The notes below the pieces were generated by a model. The model was not told the origin of the DNA, did not search any database, and saw only the letters and a list, made by a program, of their open reading frames with translations. Shown here piece by piece: positions 1 to 12,000 of a DNA stretch of 49,340 bases; position 1 is the stretch's first letter; the number at the start of each line of letters is the position of its first letter. The DNA is from Halocafeteria seosinensis. Taxonomy: Eukaryota. A program made the position numbers and the translations under genes. Where the stretch lies: positions 186,001 through 235,340 of the forward strand of contig LVLI01000043.1 of the NCBI GenBank assembly GCA_001687465.1. Direction: 5' to 3'.

Positions 1-3000
1 AGCAAAAGATAACGTCAAGTATTTATCTACTCTGGACAAATTCCTGGAGCCTTTGTACTCACAAGATCCGTCTCACATCATTGATGCCCTTCCTGCGCTA
101 ATGAATAGTATCAAGATGATCCACCAAATAGCCAGGTACTTTGGAAATGATAAGTTCAGAATGGAAGACCTTTTCGTGCGTCTTACGCGTCGAATGATCA
201 TGAATTGCAAGGAATTCATCTTGCAGTCTGGGGAGGGTGAGGATGAGGCCAAAACCTCAGGTACCAAACTGTGGACCAAGGATCCGGCAACACTCCTCAA
301 GACTCTGGAAGAGTGCCTGAAACTGAATGAAGCCTATCAAGATACTTACCGTTTTACCAAGGAAGCGTTGGCCAGTCAGCCGAATGTCAAGAAGTTTGAA
401 TTCGACGAGAATGCAATCTTCAGTCATTTCGATTTGTTCTGCCGTCGTATCATCAAATTAATTGACATGTTCGCCACCATAGCTCAATTTGACGCTCTAG
501 CATCCCACAAATTAGAGGGAATGGAAGACTTGACAAAGAAGTTCCAAGAAATGCTGGGTGATTTCAAGCGGAAGCGTCATGATTTGCTCGCGTACGAAGA
601 CAATAGCTTTGACCGTGATTATGTGGAGTTCAATGTGAAAGTGCAGTCGCTAGAACAGGAGCTACAGAACTTTATCAATTCGAGCTTTGAGAGCATATCT
701 GACGTGATGCAAAGCCTCAATCTTCTTCGCAAATTTCAGTCGATACTCCAGCGAGAGTCTCTGAAAGCGGATTTGGACGACAAATTTGCGATAATTTTCC
801 AAACGTATGGTGGGGAACTTGAGATGATACAATCCTTGTACGAGCGCCACAAACACAATCCTCCGACACCTAGGAACATGCCCCCTGTAGCGGGAAACAT
901 CACCTGGTCTCGGCACTTGTTGAAGCGCATCGAAGAACCCATGCGACAGTTTGAACGCAATCAAGCAGTTCTCGCTAGCCGTGATGCCAAGCGAATAATC
1001 AAGAGCTACAATAAGGTTGCTAGAACACTCGTCGCCTTCGAGTATCTTTGGTATCAAGCTTGGGTGGATAGTATAGAAGATGCCAAGGCAGGTCTGCAGG
1101 CAACGCTGTTGATTCGTCACCCTGAAGATGGCAAGCTGTACGTCAACTTCGATGCGGAGATCCTGCAGCTCATTCGGGAAGCAAAGTGTCTTGATCGAAT
1201 GGGCATTGAAATCCCAGAATCTGCGAAAGTTGTTTTGCTTCAGGAAGAGAAGTTCAAATCGTACTACAATAACCTTGCTTACTGCTTGCATGAATACGCA
1301 CGCATCACGTCAAAGATTATCCCGGTGACTGCTGGCCTTCTGAAGCCGCATATTCACGACCTGGAGTACAAACTCCGACCAGGAATGGTGACGTTGACTT
1401 GGACCAGTATGAACATCGACGCCTACCTATCACACGTGCAGAACGGATTGCACCGTCTGGAAGAACTTGTGCATAATATTAACGATGTCATAGAGAATCG
1501 CGTGGAAAACAATTTGAAGGTAGTATCGAAAGCGCTTTTAGTCGACCTCCCGGAAAATCGTACGTGCAATCTTGATGACTTCGTTCAGATGCAAGAAGAG
1601 ATTGTCCACGAGAAGGTGTCCTTGCTGCAAGGCAAGAATGTCGAAATCGAACACGCGGTTGAGGATCTCACAGGTTTGATTTGTTCTTATCCACTGGATG
1701 CTCATATCGAGCGTGTTAAAGATGAAGACATCCAAAAGTTGCATGATCATTATAACCATTTCATGTACCAGGCTTTGTTGAACTGCACGAAGACAAGCCT
1801 TAACACGCTAAAGCGGCGCGTGGCTGGAACTAGTAATGGGGAGTCGAAGGCCAACCCGTTCTTCGAAATTGAGGTGAAACTCTCGGTCCCGAGCGTTGAC
1901 CTCCAGCCAAGTTTGGAAGAAGTCCAGGACGCAATCAATCGCACCGCTCTTGCTGTACTTAGTAGTACCAAGGAGATTTGGGACTGGGGGCAAGCAAATC
2001 TTCACGAAGAAGACCGAGTGTCGTTCTTCGAAAGGGTAACGAAAGACATTGAGGTAGCTCGGGTTTTATTGCTGCTGACTGGCTCTGTTCAGTCCTTGAG
2101 AGACCAAGTGAACAATTATCTGTCATCTTTTGACCGTTATGCGTGGCTTTGGAGGCAAGATGCAGATAGTGCTTATAAAGAATTTATGCAATCTAACCCG
2201 GGGATTGACGACTATGAAGAACAGCTAAAGTTCTTCATGAAAATCGAGGAAGAAATCAATGAGATAGAAGACACTGCCGTAATTGGTGCTCTTAACCTCA
2301 GAACCACCGATATGAAGAACCAGATGCAACAACTTGCGGAGCAATGGAAGGTTCGGTACAGTGACAATCTGCACAAAATGGCGAAAAACAAAATGGCTGA
2401 GCTTTCAGAGTACATGAAGAAAGGATTCACCAAGCTATCCCGCACTGTGGACAACCTTGATAGTCTGAAATTTATCATGGAGACGCTGGAAGAGATACGC
2501 GATAAAGAGGCTACTATTGAAGCCGATATTGCTCCTATCATGGACATGTACGCTATGCTCGAGCACTACCTTCCATCTGATTACATGGACAAGGAAGAAA
2601 TGGATCAGAAAAGTGTCTTACGTTCTACTTGGAAGCGGCTCGTCCAAAGGGCGGAGGAAGTTAAGGACGAAATTTCTTCCGTCCAAGTCGACTTTAAGAA
2701 ACAGCTTATTCATGACGTACGACAGTTCACGAAGGACGTAAAGAATTTCCGTGACGACTACGAGAAGAATGGTCCAATGGTTTCCGGTATTAGCCCTCAG
2801 GATGCAATGGACCGTTTGAAGCGGTACGAGGGTGAATACGATATCCTTGCGCGAAAGAAAGACCTATACCAATCGGGAGAAGAGCTCTTTGCACTTCCCG
2901 TCACTGAATATCCTGTTCTGGACCAAACGAAGAAAGAGCTTACATTACTGAACAAGTTGTACAGCTTGTACCGAGATGTTATGAACAAGATGAACGAGTA

Positions 3001-6000
3001 CAAGACCATCTTGTGGAGTGACGTTGTTGACAACATTGATCAGATGAACACAGAAATGGAGGGCTTCGCTAACCGTTGCAAAAAGATGCCCAAGCGTCTT
3101 CGAGAATGGGATGCGTTTAAAGATTTGAAAAATAAGATCGAAGACTTCCAAAGCATTCTTCCCCTTCTATACGAGTTATCTAAGGAGAGCATTAGACAGC
3201 GTCATTGGGATGAGATTCGTGAGCTCACGGGGCACGAGTTGCCTGTAGAAGACACGGAGTTCAAGATGCAAGATCTCATAGATGCAAATCTGGTCGAACA
3301 TAAGGATGAAATCGAGGAGATTTGTGATGCGGCAGATAAACAGTTGGATATTGAGCAAAAATTGAAAGAGATTAAAGAAAAATGGGAACAAGAACCTCTT
3401 GTGTTTGGAGAATGGAAAACACGGGGTGTCCCTATTCTTCAGAGAGTTCCGCTTATCGTAGAAGATCTTGAGGAAGCCCAAATGAACCTGCAGACAATGC
3501 TTACGATGCGGCATGTCACGCCTTTTAAGGAAGAGGCGCAGGAGCAATTGAAACTTCTATCAGATACATCTGATACTCTGGAGCTGTGGCAGAAGGTTCA
3601 AATGTTCTGGTGCAGTCTAGAAAGTGTGTTCTTAGGCGGTGACATTGCGAAACAAATGCCGCGAGAAGCGAGTCGTTTCCAGAAAGTGGATAAAGAATGG
3701 GTGAAATTAATGTCTGCCGCCTCGAAAACCGTTATCGTTACTCAAGCTTGCGCCAGCGAAGTGCTACGCCAAAGCCTACCTCATATGTATGATGAGCTCG
3801 AGCGGTGCCAAAAGAGTTTGGAAGGATATCTGGAACAAAAGCGTGCCATGTTCCCAAGGTTTTACTTTGTCTCGAATCCGGTATTGCTCAATATCCTTTC
3901 ACAAGGGTCGGATCCTATGGCGATCCAAGAGTATTACGAGAAAATATTTGACGCGATTACGCGTGTGGAGCATGATAGGAAAGACAAATCGCAAATTATT
4001 GCCATGATGAGCCGTGAGGGTGACACAGAAGAGAAGATGGAGCTTCAGAATCCGGTGAAGGCTCAAGGAAATATTGAAAATTGGCTGACCGATCTCTTGA
4101 AAGAAATGAAGCGTACAATGAAAGAAGCTTGTGACGAATGCGCCGCCGGTATTATGTCCATCAAAGATAACCTGGATTCCCTTCGTGGTTTCGTGGATAA
4201 TAGCTGTGGGCAGTACGCACTTCTTGGATTGCAGTTGCTATACACCTCTACGGTGGAAGAAGCGTTGAAAACCGGGCCAAAAAAGTTGCGGGAAGCGGAG
4301 AATAAAACTGCCGATGTTCTGGGTCGTTTGATAAGTTGGTGTCTACAAGACTTGGGCAGCAAAATGAACCGAACTAAGATTGAATCTCTCGTGACGATTC
4401 AAGTGCATCAGCGTGACGTTCTGCACGAGCTCGTGCAGTTTGGCGGGCGAAGTAAAAAACCATTGGGAGCGGATAATTTTGAATGGCTTAAACAGATTAG
4501 ATTCTACTGGCGTCCCGAAGAGAGTGACGAAGTTTCTAACGATGGAGCGTGTGTGGTCTCTGTTACGGACGTCGAGTTCAATTACCAGTACGAATATTTG
4601 GGTTGCAAGGAAAGATTGGTTATCACTCCGCTCACTGATAGATGCTACATTACTCTGGCACAAGCACTAGGAATGCACTACGGTGGCTCCCCTGCTGGTC
4701 CTGCGGGAACGGGAAAAACTGAGACGGTTAAGGACATGGGCCGCAGTCTCGGTATATATGTGGTGGTCACGAACTGTAGTTCAGAAATGATGTACACTGA
4801 CTGTGCTAAGATCTTCAAAGGACTGTGCATGGGTGGTCTCTGGGGCTGCTTTGATGAATTCAATCGTATTACGTTGCCCGTTCTTTCGGTGGTTGCGCAA
4901 CAAGTGCTGGCTATTCAGAACGCTAAGAAGGCTAATGCGAAGTATTTCAATTTCCCTGGTGATGCGCAGCAGGTGAATATGACCCATATTTGTGGATTCT
5001 TTATCACGATGAACCCTGGATATGCTGGGCGCCAGGAGCTTCCAGAAAACCTAAAGGCGTTGTTCCGTGGAGTCGCGATGATGGTTCCGGACAGGGAAAT
5101 CATTATTAAGGTCAAGTTGTGTTCTGTCGGGTATAGTGACTTTACCAACTTGAGTAGGAAATTCTTCGTTTGTTACCAGCTTTGCGAGGAGCAGTTGTCA
5201 AAGACTAAACATTATGACTTCGGGCTTCGAAACATTCTTTCCGTGCTTAGAACTGCTGGCGCAACGAAACGTGAGAACTTAAACGAAAATGAAGAGTTGC
5301 TTTTGTATCGAACTCTGCGAGATATGAATCTCAGCAAGTTCATTGCTCAGGATGTTCCGCTCTTTCTTAGCATGTTGAGAGACTTATTCCCCTCGGTGAA
5401 GAGTCCACCGAAGAGTACGTATCCGGAGGTTGAAAAAGCTATTGGAGAGTCTGTGGACCAGGCGGGTCTTGAGCACCACCCGACTTGGCTTAACAAAGTT
5501 ATTCAGTTGTACGAAACATCCCTTGTCAGGCACGGCATTATGTTAACTGGTCCTACTGGTGGTGGAAAGACGGCTATTTTCGACATTCTGTCTACCTCTC
5601 TCCAAGCCTCGAGTGGCGTGCAGTATCGGCAGGTTAGGTTGAACCCCAAAGCCATTACAAGTCAAGAAATGTACGGTGAAACCGACGTGATGAGTGGAGA
5701 ATGGACTACTGGTATTTTCGCAGCTATCTGGCAGAAATACAACAATCGCAGTAACGCGTACAATACATGGATCGTCTGCGATGGTCCCGTCGACACCATG
5801 TGGATTGAGAGCCTGAACAGCGTCTTGGATGATAACAAGTTGTTAACTCTTGCGTCTGGTGATCGATTCCCGATGACTGATAATGTCGCTCTCATGTTCG
5901 AAAACGAAAACCTGAATAACGCTTCTCCTGCCACTGTTTCGCGAGCTGGCATCGTATATGTATCTGATACTGACTTAGACTGGCGGCCTGTGGTCAACGC

Positions 6001-9000
6001 TTGGATCAAGAAGCAAAAAGATGCATACCAGAAGGTTCTTCCCAGCCTCTTCACCAAATACATTGGACGCCAGAGTGGTATTCAGCATGAAGATGAAGAT
6101 CGAGTCAAGGATGACACTGGTAAGCCGCATGAATCTGGCCACATGTTTGATTTCCTTGCTAGGCAGGTCGAAGCTGTCATGCAAATTTCCCGCGTTGGTG
6201 CTGTGGCATCGCTGTATCGGTTGATGGGATCTGTTTTCCACAAAACTGAGAACAAATTTTCCGCTGGTGGCACTGAGGATTTCAAGAAAGAGGTCGAGCG
6301 CGTGTTCATATACTGTTTGTCCTGGTCCGTTGGTGGACTCCTGGAACCCAATGACAGAAAGCACTTCGACAGTTACATTCGCGAACTGGCTGGTGAATCT
6401 CAAATGCCCACTCTCGAAAGAGATGACGATACCGTTTATGAGTTCTTCGTTGACTCTACGAACCATTTCAAGTGGGAAAGGTGGGCCCCTCCTGCTTGGG
6501 AGTACCCCAAGGACCAAGATCCTTTGGATTTCGCCAACCTGCTGGTGCCGACAATAGATTCGACTCGTGCCCTTTCAATCCTCGAAGCAATGCACAGCCG
6601 TAATTATCCGGTAATGATGGTCGGTGGACCTGGTACTGCCAAGACGTCGAACGCGTTGATGTTCTGTGGCAACTTTGATCCAGAACAGAGGCTTCTGAAG
6701 AGAATTAACTTCTCATCAGCGACCGATAGCGCAATCTTCCAACAGGGCATCGAGTCCCAGCTCGATAAGAGAGGAGGGAAAAGTTTCGGACCACCCGGTG
6801 GAAAGAAGATGACCGTTTTCATTGATGACATTTCAATGCCTGAGATAAACGAGTGGGGTGATCAGCCAACAAATGAAATCGTTCGGCAGCTAATTGAGCA
6901 GGGAGGTTTCTACTTCCGAGACAAGGACAAACGAGGAGATTTTAAAGTATGCGAGGATCTTAATTTTGTTGCCGCCATGACACACCCAGGTGGAGGCCGA
7001 AACGATATACCAGACAGACTGAAAAGGCAATTTTTCATTTTTAACCTTGTGCTACCGAGTATATCGAGCATTGATAACTTGTATGGGCAAATGGTACGTG
7101 GCCGCTTTACCTCCGCTGAATTTGACCAGGCCACGTTAGATGTGTGTGGAAAGCTTACTGACGTTACAATAGACCTCTGGAACCAAGTGAAAAACAAGAT
7201 GCTTCCGACACCAGCAAAATTCCACTACATTTTCAACATGCGGGACTTGAGCAGAGTTTTCCAAGGAATTCTGCTCACTCCGAAGGAGACCATTAAACAA
7301 GGGGGTATTTCCGCCCCGTGTGAATCCGGCCCTCTAAATGTTGTTAAACTGTGGCAACATGAGAGCTCTCGTGTTTTCAGGGATAAGTTGACCACAGCCG
7401 AGGATAAGGAATGGTTTGACAAAACTATTAGCAAGGTGGTCAGAAACCATTTTGGAGATGACACTGCTGACGCCGCGGGAGCAAATACTGACATCTATTT
7501 CGTCAACTTCATGCGGGATGATGTCTACGACGAAGAAGAAGTGCTGGTTGAGGAAGCTCCTTTGGTTTATGAGGACGGTGGTACACTTCAAAACGTACGC
7601 GAGCGGGTGGAAATGTTCAAGGACAGGCATAACGAGCAGTATCCAAGCAAGGCGTTGGAACTCGTTCTATTCAACGATGCGTTGGAGCACTTGACGCGAA
7701 TCAGCCGAATTCTGACCATGGATCGCGGGAGCGCTTTGCTTGTCGGTGTCGGAGGCTCGGGAAAGCAAAGCTTGACACGACTCGCCGCGTACATAGCCCG
7801 GAGTAAGATCTTCCAGATCACGTTGACCAAGAGTTACAACGTTAATCAACTGATGGAGGACCTGCGTTACCTGTATAAGACTGCCGGTGCTAAGCAGAGC
7901 ATCACGTTCCTGTTCACTGAGGCGGAAATCAAGAAGGAACAATTCTTGGAGTATATCAACAGCATTTTGCTCACTGGCGAAATTGGAGGGCTGTTTGCCA
8001 AGGACGAGATGATGGCGATGTCGGCGGAATTGCGTCCTGACTTCCTAGAAAAGCGTCCTGGTCAACCTGACACACCTGATAACTTGAGGCAATTCTTTAT
8101 AGACACTGTCCGTGACAATCTGCACCTCGTCCTATGTATGTCTCCGAAGAACCCGAAATTCCCTGAACGAGCACGAAAATTCCCGGGAATTATTTCAGGA
8201 ACGACTATTGATTGGTTCCTTCCATGGCCGGAAGAAGCTTTGGTGTCTGTCAGTGAAGGCATGCTGAAAAACTATGACCTTGATGCAGAAGATGAAGTCA
8301 AAGATAACCTGGTGCACCACATGGGTCATGTTCATAAAATGGTAGTGGACGTCTGTGAAGAGTATTTTGAACAACTTCGGCGCCATGTGTATCAAACTCC
8401 CAAGTCTTATCTGAGTTTCATTGCCAACTATAAGAATGTGTACCAGAAACGGCTGGAGGAAATCAAAGAGAAGGAGCAGCGAGTGAATCTAGGTTTGCAA
8501 AAGCTGAACAAAGGGTCCCAAGACGTGGAGGATATGAAAGTGACTTTGGCTCAAGAACGGGAAAAGCTGGAGAAAGCGACACAGGAAGTGAATGAGAAAC
8601 TGGGCAGTCTACAGACGTCGTCTGCTGAAGCGGAAAAGGCGTCAGAAAAAGCTTCCAAGATTAAGGAAACCTGTGTCTCCGAGCGAGAGCGGATAAAAAA
8701 CGAGAAAGAGCAATGCGAGAAAGAACTTGCAGAAGCTCAGCCTTTTCTTGATGAAGCCAACCGCGCTATTTCCAGCATCAAACCGGCCCATTTGACGGAA
8801 GTCAAGCGATTGCCTAAACCTGCGGACATCATCAAAGTTGTTTTCGATGGTGTGCTTGTTCTGTTCTATGCCGCTCTGAACCCTGTTAACGTTGCGGAAT
8901 TGAACATTTCGAAGACGACTTTCGAATTTATAGAGCCCTCTTTCCAGAATGCAGTCCAAATGATGGCCGACACGGGGTTCCTGGCAAGAGTACAAAACTT

Positions 9001-12000
9001 TGCCAAGGATTCCATTACGGAGGAGACGATTGAGCTTATGACTCCCTACGTTGAAATGGAGTATTTTGACCCGGCCGTTGCAAAGTCAGCTAGTGTGGCT
9101 GCTGAAGGGCTGTGTGTGTGGGTCCGCGCCATGAAGAGCTACCACGAAGCGTCCAAGATCGTAAAACCAAAACTTGAAGCGCTAAAAGTGGCGGAAGGCA
9201 AACTGGAAAAAGCAGAGGAAGATCTAGCTGAGGCCGAGAAGCAGCAAAAGGAAGCTCAAGACAAGCTGGATGCCTTGAAGAAGGAGTACGATGACTCCAT
9301 GGCACACGCAAAATCGATCGAAGAAAATGAGCGGCAATTGCGGAAGAGAATGGAACAGGCTGATTCACTTATTCGCGGTCTTGGTGACGAAAAGACTCGT
9401 TGGCAGGAAGACTCTGCGACGTTCGCAGATAGGAAGAGAAAACTAGTAGGTGACTGCGCTGTTTGTTGTGCGTTTGTAAGCTATTGTGGTCCTTTCAATC
9501 AACCGTTCCGGGCGTACATGACTAAAGAGCGGTTTATTAAGGACTGTAAAAAGCGTGGCGTGCCAGTTTCTTCAGATATCGACGTTACGAATTTCCTTGT
9601 TGATGCGGGCATCACGGGAGACTGGGCTTTGCAAGGCCTCCCAACGGATCCACTGTCTATCCAAAACGGGATCTTGGTGACGTTTTCGGCTCGGTACCCC
9701 TTGCTGGTAGATCCACAAGGGCAGGCGCTCCAATGGATCAGCAACAAAGAAGCTGACAGACTGCCTCCCCACTTCCAGAGTACCACTTTGGAACACAAGG
9801 ACCTAAAGGATCAACTAGAGTACTGCATGCAGGAAGGTCGGACTCTTATCGTGGTTGGCATCGAGGAGGAGCTGGATCCTATTCTGGATCCTGTTCTTGA
9901 GCACCAGGTTATCAAGAAGGGGAAGCGACGGTACATCAACGTCGCCGATAAGCTTATGGAAATGCACGACGAATTCCGTATGTTCTTCTTTACCAGGTTG
10001 CCGAACCCACACTTTAGCCCTGAACAACAAGCGAAGACAACTGTGATTGATTTCACGGTGACACAAAAAGGTTTAGAAGATCAGCTACTGGGACGGGTGA
10101 TTCAAAAGGAGCAAAAATCACTTGAGGACTTACTCAATCAGGTGCTTGAAGAAGTCAACACGAATACGAAATCACTCTTGCAACTGGATGCACTGCTGCT
10201 TGAACGCTTAACCAGTGGCGAGAAGAATCTGCTTGATGACGACGAGTTGGTGGATGTGCTCAACAATACGAAGGCTAAAGCTGCTGATGTAAAAGAAAAG
10301 CTCGCTTCGGCGGACGAAACGCGGAAGAGTATTAATGAAAAGAGGGAACAATTCCGGCCCGTGGCGACAAGGGGTTCAGTGCTTTACTTTTCTATCGTAG
10401 AGATGAGCAATGTCAATGTTATGTACCAGACGTCTCTGAGTCAGTTCATTGATTTGTTCATGAAGTCCATGGAAATCGCTGAGAAGGCGAATGTAGCTGC
10501 CAAACGAGTTCAGAAGATTATCGATGCGATGACATACTTGGTTTATCGCTATGTCAACAAGGGACTCTACGAGAAAGACAAATTGTTGTTCGTGTTCATT
10601 ATCACGATAAAAACGATGGTCACTGATAATGTGTTGACTCCGCAAGATGTGAACTTGTTTATGCGAGCTGGTGCTGCCTTAGATATTAATTCGGTGCGAA
10701 AGAAACCATCTTGGATCACTGATTCCACGTGGCTCAATGTAATTGCTCTCTCCGAGGACAGCACTTTCTTCCGGGCACTTCCGGACAACATTACGAAAAA
10801 CGAGTCTGCCTGGCGGCGATGGTACGATGCCAATGAGCCTGAGAATACGGATATTCCAGACTTTGAAATGCAGATTCGAGACCAAAAAGATACTGGTCCC
10901 TGGCTCCGACTCTTACTGGTCCGTTCGATGCGGGTTGATCGAACTCTGTTGATGGTGCGGGACTTTATTCGCCAGTCTGAATATATGGGTGCCAAATATG
11001 TGGAACCAGTTTCAGATACGATGGAAAGCATTTTGGAAGACATGACTTGTGTCACCCCTGTTGTGTTCCTTCTTTCCACGGGTGCTGATCCGACTGAGAG
11101 CATTGAGCTGTTGGCTAAACGAAGGAAACAAGCTGTTGAATGTGTCTCTATGGGCCAAGGTCAGGAGCCTGTCGCTGTTAAAGCTATTCAGAAAGCCTCC
11201 GTCAACGGTAGCTGGGTCTTGCTCCAGAACTGCGAATTGGGACTGGATCTAATGGAAAAAATGGAAGATATGGTGAACGATATGAAAGAAACTGTTCACG
11301 AAGATTTCCGTCTCTTCATCACCGCGTTGCCTCATCCGAAATTTCCTTTGGGGTTGCTTCAGATGTCGACGAAAGTTACCAACGAGCCCCCATCCGGCAT
11401 GCAGGCTGGTTTGTTACGTAGCTTCACCACGATTATTGATCAGGATCGTTTAGAACGAATCGATACTTCTCAGTGGAGGCAGCTTGTATTCGGTTTGGCG
11501 TTCTTGCATAGCGTTGTGCAAGAGCGTCGCAAGTTCGGTCCCCTCGGATGGTGCAAAGCGTATCAGTTCAACAATGGAGATTTGTCTGCCTGCCTGATGT
11601 TCTTGGAGAAGCACATGTATAACGGTCCGATCAATTGGCCGACTGTGCAGTACATGGTATCAGAGGTCCAGTATGGGGGTAAAATTACGGACGACTTCGA
11701 TCGGCGGTTGTTCAATACCTATGCACACCTATGGCTCTCGCCTCAAATTTTCGATCCAGAGTTCAGCTTTACACCGAAGCATCCGTTGAGTCGAATCGAC
11801 TTCGACTACCGGATCAAAGACTTTACGGAAATTGAAGCGTACCGTAATTATGCGAGCTCTTTACCAGAAATTGATAACCCGGAGATTTTCGGCTTGCATC
11901 CAAACGCGGATTTGACGTTCCGGATGAAAGAGGCAGACAAGTTCTTGGATGCATTGTCCGACACTCAGCCGAAATCCGCTGGTGGTGGCGGAGGTGGAAT